Shown: piece after piece, positions 53,401 to 61,459 of the stretch
Layout: each line of letters opens with the position of its first letter
How positions within the stretch are numbered: position 1 is the stretch's first letter
DNA from: a virus
IMG/VR virus record: IMGVR_UViG_3300027810_000002
Coordinates: 1 to 64,000 of that record
Reading direction: 5' to 3' (one strand)
Length of the DNA stretch: 64,000 nucleotides
Program-made: the position numbers and the translations under genes
The notes under the pieces: generated by a model
Database searches by the model: none
Told to the model about the DNA's origin: nothing
Seen by the model: only the letters and a program-made list of their open reading frames with translations

Positions 53401-55168
53401 AAGTTTCACTGTTAGCATTGTCTCTAACTATATCTATTATCCTAGAAAATTTAGTTAGCTTTGCATGTTTAACATACTGTCCTATAGCAGCTTCGCCTAA
53501 TTCATCAGCATTCACTAAAAAACTAGCTCCTATTTTAGAGCCTCCTCGTGCTGTGTGCAAATTCCAGTCAGAAAACTGAGTTCCTGTATAGTTTTGTAAT
53601 CCAACATAATCTTCCTTTGCTGCTTCTACATTTATGAAATCTGAAATGTTTAAGTCATAAATACCAAAAGACATTCTATTTCTATTATCTCCACTACCAT
53701 AGTCCTCAATAATAACAGAGGATCCTTCCGCTCTAGTGTTGTAATTAGATATGTCTTTAATCAAACTACTAATAGCGATTGCAATTTGTCTTAAAGTACC
53801 TTTACTCGAAAAGTTGTTCCCAGAGAAAGTACCTGCAGGTATTGTATCATCAGCAACTGCCATGAAGCCGTACATTTCGTAGTTTTTTATTTCAATTTCA
53901 GTTTTATCACCGATGTAAAATCTATCGTTCGTGATAGGTTTGCTTATGATTTCAAACTTAATAAAAGGCTTATTTGAAACATTTGTTGAAATTGATTGTA
54001 ATTTATTATTTGATATAGTATAATTTGTATTTTTCAACAAGTTTTTAATATCAATATTAGAAGTAACTGGTATTTTTAAACCATCTACTTCTGTATTATT
54101 TTTTATATGTAAGAAAGAGTTATCACCTAGATTGATATAGGAAAGTACAGGAACCTTTAGCTCTGGAGTTTTTGGTAACATATCTTCGTGAGTTATTCCC
54201 GCTCCGATCACGTCGTAAACCGTGTGAGTAGTTCCCGGTTCAATACTTACTATATTATCTGAAGAGATAGAATTAATCTTAAAAGAACCTTCTTCGATGT
54301 CATCAACATAAAGTCCAAAATATCTATAAATATTATAATTCACAGCAGATGCGTCGTCAAACATAAACTCCATGTTAATTAAGTTAGCTGAAATTACACC
54401 ATGTCTTTCAAATCCTTTTGTAATCAATTCATTTGCATTAATCTCTAAATTATCTTGCTGAATATAATCATCTGCGATAAAATCTTTTTTAGAAACAAAA
54501 CCTCCTTTAGTTGAATCAATTCCTCTATACAAAACCGCTCCGCTATCTGAAAAATTAAATTCAATAGCAGATTCAGGCATGCCTTTGTCGTATACATGTG
54601 AATGCAAATATTTACCGATTCTGCTTTTTCTAGTTAAATCAAATGTTTTAACAATAGTTGCAGATTCTAATAGCTCTAAAATTCTATCATTTTGTCCAAC
54701 AACGTCTTCGGTGTATTTATTCTTATAATCGACATCGCTAACTCTATAAACTATAAATTTCTTAGGTATTCTACGATCTAACCAAATTGGTGCAAAGATC
54801 TTATATTGTTCGTCATATAGTTTAGTTGAATTAAAACTAGCTCCAAAGTTATACTGATTCTCATATTGATATGAGTAATCTGAATATGGTGTAATGTCTG
54901 AGTGTTTTCTTAATGTTTGAAACCTTTCGTTAACAGGCGTTCCTTTAAAGAATCTAGCGACGTCGTTTGCATAAATACCGGTGTCCGATACTTCAAACTT
55001 TTGATACTCTACCTTTGAAAGGACTTTATTAGCCTTGAATGCGCTTAAGAATATGTGCTCCGAAGAGTCCACAACCAACTTTAAATTACTTGTTAATTTT
55101 GGATTAGTTCTTAATAGTGCGAATGAAGATTCTTCTTCCTTGTTGTTCGTGTTAAAATTTATAGCCAT
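50495..55168 (-). CDS. Large virion structural (tail/baseplate) protein
   Basis: 1557-aa ORF with late motif at 55194-55201, in the tail module. Confidence 0.6.
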   Translation of the reverse strand: MAINFNTNNKEEESSFALLRTNPKLTSNLKLVVDSSEHIFLSAFKANKVLSKVEYQKFEVSDTGIYANDVARFFKGTPVNERFQTLRKHSDITPYSDYSYQYENQYNFGASFNSTKLYDEQYKIFAPIWLDRRIPKKFIVYRVSDVDYKNKYTEDVVGQNDRILELLESATIVKTFDLTRKSRIGKYLHSHVYDKGMPESAIEFNFSDSGAVLYRGIDSTKGGFVSKKDFIADDYIQQDNLEINANELITKGFERHGVISANLINMEFMFDDASAVNYNIYRYFGLYVDDIEEGSFKINSISSDNIVSIEPGTTHTVYDVIGAGITHEDMLPKTPELKVPVLSYINLGDNSFLHIKNNTEVDGLKIPVTSNIDIKNLLKNTNYTISNNKLQSISTNVSNKPFIKFEIISKPITNDRFYIGDKTEIEIKNYEMYGFMAVADDTIPAGTFSGNNFSSKGTLRQIAIAISSLIKDISNYNTRAEGSSVIIEDYGSGDNRNRMSFGIYDLNISDFINVEAAKEDYVGLQNYTGTQFSDWNLHTARGGSKIGASFLVNADELGEAAIGQYVKHAKLTKFSRIIDIVRDNANSETYRVILDTAYKLPSDGIVQLYNKFTPTFGKFSAYQLKDFDFDFYSTKNSELGELAYESFGTNYSPLEKFTGISSVLYQETSNDDSVSTDINSEYDRLNENTLKETALKSRIVPTIMKYALKNGTNARNLPYILNVNEAFGTNNISPEIKLESGRNYDNLNMEHFHFNKIPDNFHDNNTIKGLSSYTSFTTTDGISINQLKSTDVDYFSLYFRWNGAVNQNDGMWIDDKSRNLYSKFNGGTSELESSTLFRGLRYIYKKRKESFKDAPTAFETSTDVNSYKFGVTLSYTEAPEGEPNGVKYHVIKNDTFKFICVFIDIAVQPNVVNYLSRASVYELQDIENFTYDVDGNLITDYNGDPVITIIDTDLSFEIDLSSSAWPQDSGVETIVYASQLSISGGQSAFTKEITLNDEGKYSWIYFQYDTDPNTGGSLYACMQVVSIINDEQIVVSGLPIPFTIEAGPYFGGSPLDSQLLHYIPSSSTTFKYWKTGSAGWKNLLEEVVSYNFAKRFNEFGDVVYTRVSSEFPDDEFINDFVLEIQDGVDIVKPSVLDTSPDGDRPRSYQLSSEEIGKILKEREDGGYFTLLRRFNGEYNPLFKDVVDFTDIYTIQSTLIPDLNTVEGLLQSTGSGSGSGSGSGNFANAGIGGDLVGIIIPYPIDHPGSQSDAEATLTQQTIGLYTSEIEDRWRERLIYNKFKNLGIAFASYKNVNESYGYISNYHYHKVNDEDSKNLLKLSETSDKLPLYPAIGEIAIDKKDFNIFKSKYSSDYFVKSIPGSVGENVYGTLSPVELKSFMASTVMKVRDQYDLTSFSQTNETSLDSLDYIRFNKLNKTAIHWIENDSEIIADFYLPKTIYNELLEDGIQSKFSKYLTAENSFGDKSTILDDLEKYVYSNIVSRFIIENTEIYGIAGKNITTEFKSVNSPEELTDGRFTKQTNFDIQGYQNDGLSFRLIYNKKPGFKYHLKLHIKIQA

Positions 55169-55232
55169 TCCTGATGCCTCTTTTTAGTTAAATTATATAT
55201 CATAATTTTAAGAGGGACCTGATCGGGTATAT

Positions 55233-58200
55233 CTAAAACTCTTCTCTGATGTTAGGTAATGAAAAATCAACGCTTCTTCCTCTGAATGGTGTGTACTTGC
55301 CGCTAGTTGCATAGTTAGTTAACATTGAAGAAGTTATAGAATTTATATTCTTTCCAGTTGCTCTATACTTAGAATACACTTCAATATCAAACTGAAAGTC
55401 AGTATTGTTTGAATCTATTATATCTATACCTATTATTTTAGAGTATGTTAAGTTTTGTAGAGAATTACTAATAATTCCTCCAACTCTACCTCTACCAGTA
55501 TCCCCTGTTCCACTATAATCTGTCATTCTATATTGAAATACCATATCGATGTTTAGTGCGTTAGAGCTACTTCCTTCGATTATCTTCTTTCCTCTTTTAT
55601 TGTTAGCATCAACAACTAAAGAATCTTTTCCTAGTGGAGATACATATAAAAATGATCCACATGAATGTCCTCCTAATAGATATTGATCATTTGGTTCGAA
55701 TGAATTTTTACCAGCAGTTCTAGTTCCTAGCACTACGCCACTTCCTGCACCACTGTCTGTTCCACCACTCCCTGCTATTACTTCCACTATAGTATTTGTT
55801 AATCTAAATGGAGTTTGTTTTTTACCATATAAATCACTAGCTCTTCTAGGTGCGGTTTTAGGCATTCCAACCAATCCATTACTAGCAATACCTAATACGC
55901 TTACATTTTTCGTTAATGGATGATCTTTGTGTAGGAATATTGCGTTATCATATAGAGCTGCAGTTACTGTAGAAACCGATACACTACCTAATGTACCATT
56001 AGCACTGTCGTATTCCCCGTTCCATATATAATCGTTAGTACTTTGGCTATCTGACCATGCTGTAAATTCAGCAGCTGCAAAAGATTTAGATTTATCTGTA
56101 TTATTAGTGTTAACTCCTGATATTTGATATGCTGTGTTTATACCATACTCGAATGTGTCATATCCTGAATTATCAGATACATCAATATCTCCGCCAGATC
56201 CATCAGTACTTGTTAAATACAAACTAGTATCATTAGCAATATTCATAAACCTTGAATATAAAAATTGACCTCTTAATTGTGCAGATTGTACTGGGCTATC
56301 GTTAAAATATGACTCTGTTGATTCTGTTGCATCTAAGTTTTGATAAACTACAGGTGCTAAATCGTATTTTCCTTCTGTTGTGTAATATGTATTAGAACTT
56401 ACAACAGGATCTATTGCACCAGATTGTAATCCCCACAATGTACTTGGAGTTGAGGAATATGCAGGTTGTTCAACGTCTCCTAATATTCTTGCGATTAATT
56501 CTAGATTAGTAGCCTTCGTATTAGAAAGATTTATTTTAAAGTTTTTAGTAACGATAAACCCTTTAGAGTTTGTCGATGGTACTTCATCAATATAATATCC
56601 TGCAAATAATTTAACTTTACTGTTATTAGTTACTGGTGTTACATTACCGTCTTCGTCGATTATCTGCACTAGTAACTCCCCAAGAGTTCCATCAATTTGA
56701 GCTCTTAAAGATTCTACTTCGTTTTGAAGTTCTAAAAGTTTATCATATACTGAAATAGGATTTTGCTCTCCAGTTAAGAAACCAGAAGCTAATGACGATG
56801 CATTGTGTGCAAAATACTTTTCGTTTACAGTGAATGAATCGCCAACGTGATCGTATACTCCAACAGATTCTAAATCTTCTTTTAAAGAAACTTTTAAGTT
56901 ATCTAATTCGTTTTGTGAAATTAAACCAGCTAGTGAGTCTGTTGAAAGTTCTCCTTCTGGAAATTCTACCTTAACTATGTCAGACCAATCACTTGTTACT
57001 GGGTTAGATGGATATCCTGCTTCTGATACAGATTTAACCATAATTTCAATAACTTCACCAGATCTAATAGGTAAATCAATTGAATTAAAATTAACAGCCT
57101 GTGCGTCTTCTTCGCTTTCCACTACCCATTTGTATATCCCAGCATCGTTTAATTCTCTCTTTCTAACAGGACCTTGAACTTCAATCCAGTTTGAAAAGGC
57201 TGCAGTCTTTTTAGTGCTGTTAGTAGTATCATTAAATTCAATCTGATCAATTGTTGATGTTTTGCCAGAAGTAGATACGTATCTATATCTAGTTTTAAAT
57301 TGTACAACTTCTTGAGAAAGTTCTTCACCAACTGTTTTAGGTGAAGGTATAGGCCAGAATCCTCTAACCCTAAATTTCGGAGAGGCTGTTGAAACATCTA
57401 TTGAATCTGCTGCTGCTTTTATCTCAGCAACAATTGATCCAAATAATTTAACCTCAGATGTCTTTTCGTTTACAAGTGCTCTGAACTCATTAAGTTGCTT
57501 GTCTCTTTCAACCTTAGATTTAAATTTCTTAGTGTTTAATAAAGATTTTTTAACTTTAATAGCCTCATTAATATTCTTTAAACTTTGTTCAGCTGCTAAT
57601 TTATCTGATTTAAGTTGTTTAATCTTTTTAGTAGTCGTGTTATCAGTTAAGTGTTTATTTATTTGGATAACTTTTAAATCGCCTGATGCTAATATTGGCA
57701 TGTTTGGTTTTATACCAACTGATGCTGGTGGAATGTAATCCACACTAAGAGCCTTAATAAACTGTCCAAAGTCAGATACTTCATCCTTATAATAAGATGC
57801 TAAGTTCTTGATAGTTCCGTCCTCTGTTGATATTTGTAATTCATTTGAATAAAAACCAATACCTGGCGAATATTCATTTGAAGGTATGTTTGAGATAGGA
57901 TCAATTGGTTTAATAAATACTATTTGCTTTTCATCAAATCCTATTTTAATCTCTACATCTAAATCTACGTCAATGTCTCTATATATTGATAACACGTTTG
58001 ATCCTACTTTAATAGATTCAAATCCTTCAATTAACTCTAATTCAACCTGTGATGTAGAACTATCAATTGATCTAACAATATATCTTGTTCTTAACTCTCC
58101 TGAATTAATCACTAATGAATCTGAAACTTTTAAAACTTCAGTCTCTTGAAGCGTTTTAGAAGCATCTGAGTAACTTAACTTATCAAGCGTAAATAACTTA

Positions 58201-58910
58201 ACTGTTTTAGTTTGAGTAACTCCATCAACAATCTTTGACTTCTGTTCGTTAGATATCTTAGTGACATCATAGTCTCCGAAGTATTGTACTGTTCTGATTG
58301 GCATTTCAATTACCTCAGAATCTAAATAATATTTTAAACCGTCTTCGGCAATTCTGTCTTGTAGTTCTTTATATACAATCTCGCTTTCTCCTTTATATAT
58401 TTCATCAAATGAATCTGAAGTTGCTCCGTCTTTTAAATCAAAAATAAATCTTTCAATATAAACTCTTTCCGTTTCTACTGGAATTTGACCACTAACGTCT
58501 AATCTAATAGTTAATAAAGGATTTAAAAAGTCCTCAAAGAATTCATTTAACTTTGTGTTAAATTGAGTAGGTGCTGCAAGTGATGTGATTGGTTTAGAAG
58601 GGCCTTTAAGTTTAGAAGTGTATATTTTTCTATAAGCTCCATCTTTTAATCTTACATTTGCTCCGCTACCTTCAACACCAGAAATAGATTCTAAATTTTT
58701 ATTTAGTCTTTCAATCTCTCTTTTTAAATATCCAAAGGCAGGAATCTGTACAGATTTAACTCCTTCACCAGAAGGGTCCCATAAATCTACAGTAACTGTT
58801 TCTTTATCTGTTGAGATCGCCTCATTAATACGATTGAAAGTTTCTAGAGAATTAGTGTTTAATTCTAGAAACTGTTCAAGTAATTGCGATATTGAATTTT
58901 GTGCACTCAT
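55233..58910 (-). CDS. Large virion structural protein
   Basis: 1225-aa ORF with coiled-coil and beta-rich segments. Confidence 0.55.
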   Translation of the reverse strand: MSAQNSISQLLEQFLELNTNSLETFNRINEAISTDKETVTVDLWDPSGEGVKSVQIPAFGYLKREIERLNKNLESISGVEGSGANVRLKDGAYRKIYTSKLKGPSKPITSLAAPTQFNTKLNEFFEDFLNPLLTIRLDVSGQIPVETERVYIERFIFDLKDGATSDSFDEIYKGESEIVYKELQDRIAEDGLKYYLDSEVIEMPIRTVQYFGDYDVTKISNEQKSKIVDGVTQTKTVKLFTLDKLSYSDASKTLQETEVLKVSDSLVINSGELRTRYIVRSIDSSTSQVELELIEGFESIKVGSNVLSIYRDIDVDLDVEIKIGFDEKQIVFIKPIDPISNIPSNEYSPGIGFYSNELQISTEDGTIKNLASYYKDEVSDFGQFIKALSVDYIPPASVGIKPNMPILASGDLKVIQINKHLTDNTTTKKIKQLKSDKLAAEQSLKNINEAIKVKKSLLNTKKFKSKVERDKQLNEFRALVNEKTSEVKLFGSIVAEIKAAADSIDVSTASPKFRVRGFWPIPSPKTVGEELSQEVVQFKTRYRYVSTSGKTSTIDQIEFNDTTNSTKKTAAFSNWIEVQGPVRKRELNDAGIYKWVVESEEDAQAVNFNSIDLPIRSGEVIEIMVKSVSEAGYPSNPVTSDWSDIVKVEFPEGELSTDSLAGLISQNELDNLKVSLKEDLESVGVYDHVGDSFTVNEKYFAHNASSLASGFLTGEQNPISVYDKLLELQNEVESLRAQIDGTLGELLVQIIDEDGNVTPVTNNSKVKLFAGYYIDEVPSTNSKGFIVTKNFKINLSNTKATNLELIARILGDVEQPAYSSTPSTLWGLQSGAIDPVVSSNTYYTTEGKYDLAPVVYQNLDATESTESYFNDSPVQSAQLRGQFLYSRFMNIANDTSLYLTSTDGSGGDIDVSDNSGYDTFEYGINTAYQISGVNTNNTDKSKSFAAAEFTAWSDSQSTNDYIWNGEYDSANGTLGSVSVSTVTAALYDNAIFLHKDHPLTKNVSVLGIASNGLVGMPKTAPRRASDLYGKKQTPFRLTNTIVEVIAGSGGTDSGAGSGVVLGTRTAGKNSFEPNDQYLLGGHSCGSFLYVSPLGKDSLVVDANNKRGKKIIEGSSSNALNIDMVFQYRMTDYSGTGDTGRGRVGGIISNSLQNLTYSKIIGIDIIDSNNTDFQFDIEVYSKYRATGKNINSITSSMLTNYATSGKYTPFRGRSVDFSLPNIREEF

Positions 58911-58912
58911 AG

Positions 58913-60883
58913 TTATCTTATAATTTCAAGTTCGAATGTCTTGTTTATTTCGTCAACGCAAACTAATTCGATATATGGCTTATTGCTTAATAGATCTGTT
59001 TCGTTGATCGTATTTGTTAATTTCCAGTTACCTTTTTTACCTACGAATATATTAATTTTATTGTTATCCATGTGATCAATTGAAGTTTTAAAAGTTAATT
59101 TAATAACTTGTCCTACTTTAACTGGAATAACACTATCATCTAAGTATATATCTAAATCTCTTACAAAGTCCTCGTCTTCGGTATATACTCTAATTAAATT
59201 ATCATATCTTTTTATTCTTGTCCAAATACCTGTGATATCCGCTTCTTGTGGATTCCATGCAAGATCTTTGTCTATTTTAACCTCAACTCCTTCGCTTACT
59301 AAATCATAGATATGCGCTTGATTAAGACTATATCCGTTGTTTACGTTTTGTATCTTTATTTTCTGAGGATTACTCTTATCTATTAAGATTCCGTTTCCTG
59401 CAGATATGACATCTGTGTTATATTGAATAGATGTTGGTATCTTCCCGTTAATAACTTGATTTAATCTATCGTTCGTCTTAGATATAATATCTAAAATAGA
59501 ACCAGCGTTTTTAAAGTTAAGTGAAGCGTCTTCTATAGATTGCTCTAATGCTATAACTTTAGCTGAAATAGAACTTTGATCAACCGAAGTCATCATTAAG
59601 TTTTCTAATTCATCAAGCCTGTCAGACATGATATTAAATCTATGACTTGCTTCTGCTAATATTTTAGCAGCGTTCTCTAAAGAACTTGTAGTATCAAAGA
59701 ATAAATCCATTGAGAATGTAGTAAAGTCATTGATGTTTGTTTCAATACCTACATTATCTAAAGAAGAATTAAATTTAACATTTAATTTTAGTGCAAATGC
59801 ATTACCATTTAAACCTGTTACTTCGTTTGGTTTGTATTTACTTAATTCCGGTAAGTACCATCCAGTACTATTCGGATCATTTTTAAAGTTATCTAATAAT
59901 ATAACTCCGTATAGGTTTGTTGTTCTGTTACCAGGGTTAGATTTAGAATATACATCATAGTATACTAAGATCGCATTAAATCTAAAGTCTCCACCTCTTT
60001 TTGAATAATCTTGAACTGTGTTAAGCTTTGCATCACCTTCAATAGCAGCATATGTTATTGGGCTCCATTCAATACCGTAATTATAGGTTGAATTTGGATC
60101 AATATCTATCGTACCGTTATTTGAATCTGCTAAAGACCCTAAGTCTATGTTAGCATCTGGATGTGCTTGTCCGTCTCTTCCGTTAATAAAAGAACCTGGT
60201 TCATATGACGTAGCAGTCGTGTTATAGCTTGAGTTTTTAAATAAAACAGTTGGAGTATATCCAGCCGAAGTTGGCACATTAATAAAGACTTCATTATAAG
60301 TATCACCATTATAATTTTTGTCATTAGTAACATCTACGTTTCCTAAGTATCTAACTACTTGACTATATTCTGATCCACTTTGTATTGAATCATCCTCTTC
60401 TACTACTCTATTATATCCTGACGCAGCTTCCTGTGAATTAGCTGGTCTTGTTCTAAATGCTCCAATTTCGTTTAACCACTTAAAAAAGATCTTTTCAGCA
60501 TCAGAAGAATATATTGAATTATCAAAATCGTCGTCTGTTAGTATAAAGTTTTCTAAGTTAAGGGCGTAGTTTTGGAACGTGTTGGCAAAATGACGGTTTG
60601 CATTATCGTCCGGGCTGTCTCCGTCGTAATTTGGTGCAATACCAGGTACTCCGTTAACAGGGGCCACTGGGCCACCTTCGAATAAATTATTAAATTGTAT
60701 GTAATTGTTTGTTGCTCCACCAGAAGGCTCGTCAACAACTGGTAAATCTAATAACGCGAATTTTGAATACTCAAAAACAATATCTGGATTATAATATGCA
60801 CGCGTTAAATCTCTAGCGGCGCTAGAGAAAGCATACATGGTACCTCCCTGTTCTTGAGGAATTCTAATTAATGGTGTAGCCAT
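58913..60883 (-). CDS. Virion structural protein
   Basis: 656-aa ORF in the structural operon. Confidence 0.55.
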   Translation of the reverse strand: MATPLIRIPQEQGGTMYAFSSAARDLTRAYYNPDIVFEYSKFALLDLPVVDEPSGGATNNYIQFNNLFEGGPVAPVNGVPGIAPNYDGDSPDDNANRHFANTFQNYALNLENFILTDDDFDNSIYSSDAEKIFFKWLNEIGAFRTRPANSQEAASGYNRVVEEDDSIQSGSEYSQVVRYLGNVDVTNDKNYNGDTYNEVFINVPTSAGYTPTVLFKNSSYNTTATSYEPGSFINGRDGQAHPDANIDLGSLADSNNGTIDIDPNSTYNYGIEWSPITYAAIEGDAKLNTVQDYSKRGGDFRFNAILVYYDVYSKSNPGNRTTNLYGVILLDNFKNDPNSTGWYLPELSKYKPNEVTGLNGNAFALKLNVKFNSSLDNVGIETNINDFTTFSMDLFFDTTSSLENAAKILAEASHRFNIMSDRLDELENLMMTSVDQSSISAKVIALEQSIEDASLNFKNAGSILDIISKTNDRLNQVINGKIPTSIQYNTDVISAGNGILIDKSNPQKIKIQNVNNGYSLNQAHIYDLVSEGVEVKIDKDLAWNPQEADITGIWTRIKRYDNLIRVYTEDEDFVRDLDIYLDDSVIPVKVGQVIKLTFKTSIDHMDNNKINIFVGKKGNWKLTNTINETDLLSNKPYIELVCVDEINKTFELEIIR

Positions 60884-60900
60884 TTACTTATTTTATTTTT

Positions 60901-61458
60901 TTAATTAACAAAAACTAAATCAGTGTTAGCATGTGAAATAACATACCATAAAGAATTAACTTGTCTTAATGTTAACGTTCCGTTATTTTGAACTGTAAAG
61001 TTAGCTGAAACTCCTGCAACATTAGTTGCATCGATATCAAAGTCTCCGTCTGCGATAAAAGTTACACATTGTCCTTCTACTCCTAATGCAACAACATTTA
61101 CGTTTGATAAACCTGTAGCAGATCCGTCTAATACGTAAGTTGATTTAGTGTATATTGAAGGCATAACCGTTACTGATCCTGTAGACACAGAATAAATTAA
61201 ACCATCTTCTAAAGTTAACGCTCCATTTACTGTCATTGGCTTTAATACCGTAACTAATGTTGAATCCGCTGATAATACATTAGAGATATTTAACGATGAT
61301 GCCGCTACCGCTCCTGTAAGAGTTAGTGTTTGTGTGTTTACATCAAGTAAATTACCGATGCTAATTAGCTCATCGTTCATCTGTTGAAAATTGTCGTTTA
61401 ATACGATTCTCGACGAAGATAGACTGTCTGTTCCGTTGATTGTTGTGATACTTGCCAT
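60901..61458 (-). CDS. Small fibre-like structural protein
   Basis: TDSLSSSRIVLNDNF N-terminal motif typical of fibre-attachment domains; beta-rich. Confidence 0.55.
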   Translation of the reverse strand: MASITTINGTDSLSSSRIVLNDNFQQMNDELISIGNLLDVNTQTLTLTGAVAASSLNISNVLSADSTLVTVLKPMTVNGALTLEDGLIYSVSTGSVTVMPSIYTKSTYVLDGSATGLSNVNVVALGVEGQCVTFIADGDFDIDATNVAGVSANFTVQNNGTLTLRQVNSLWYVISHANTDLVFVN

Positions 61459-61459
61459 T

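Noticed and set aside
2139-59960. The many plus-strand ORFs in the track (e.g. 5000..5434, 9702..10103, 35783..36316, 49396..49881)
   Set aside because: All lie antisense within well-supported minus-strand genes and show the Ser/Leu/Phe-rich composition of shadow frames, with no recognisable motifs.
11756-60738. Short minus-strand alternative-frame ORFs (11756..11962, 36516..36863, 57149..57397, 60145..60333, 60553..60738)
   Set aside because: Nested in conserved genes, with no leader or motif support.
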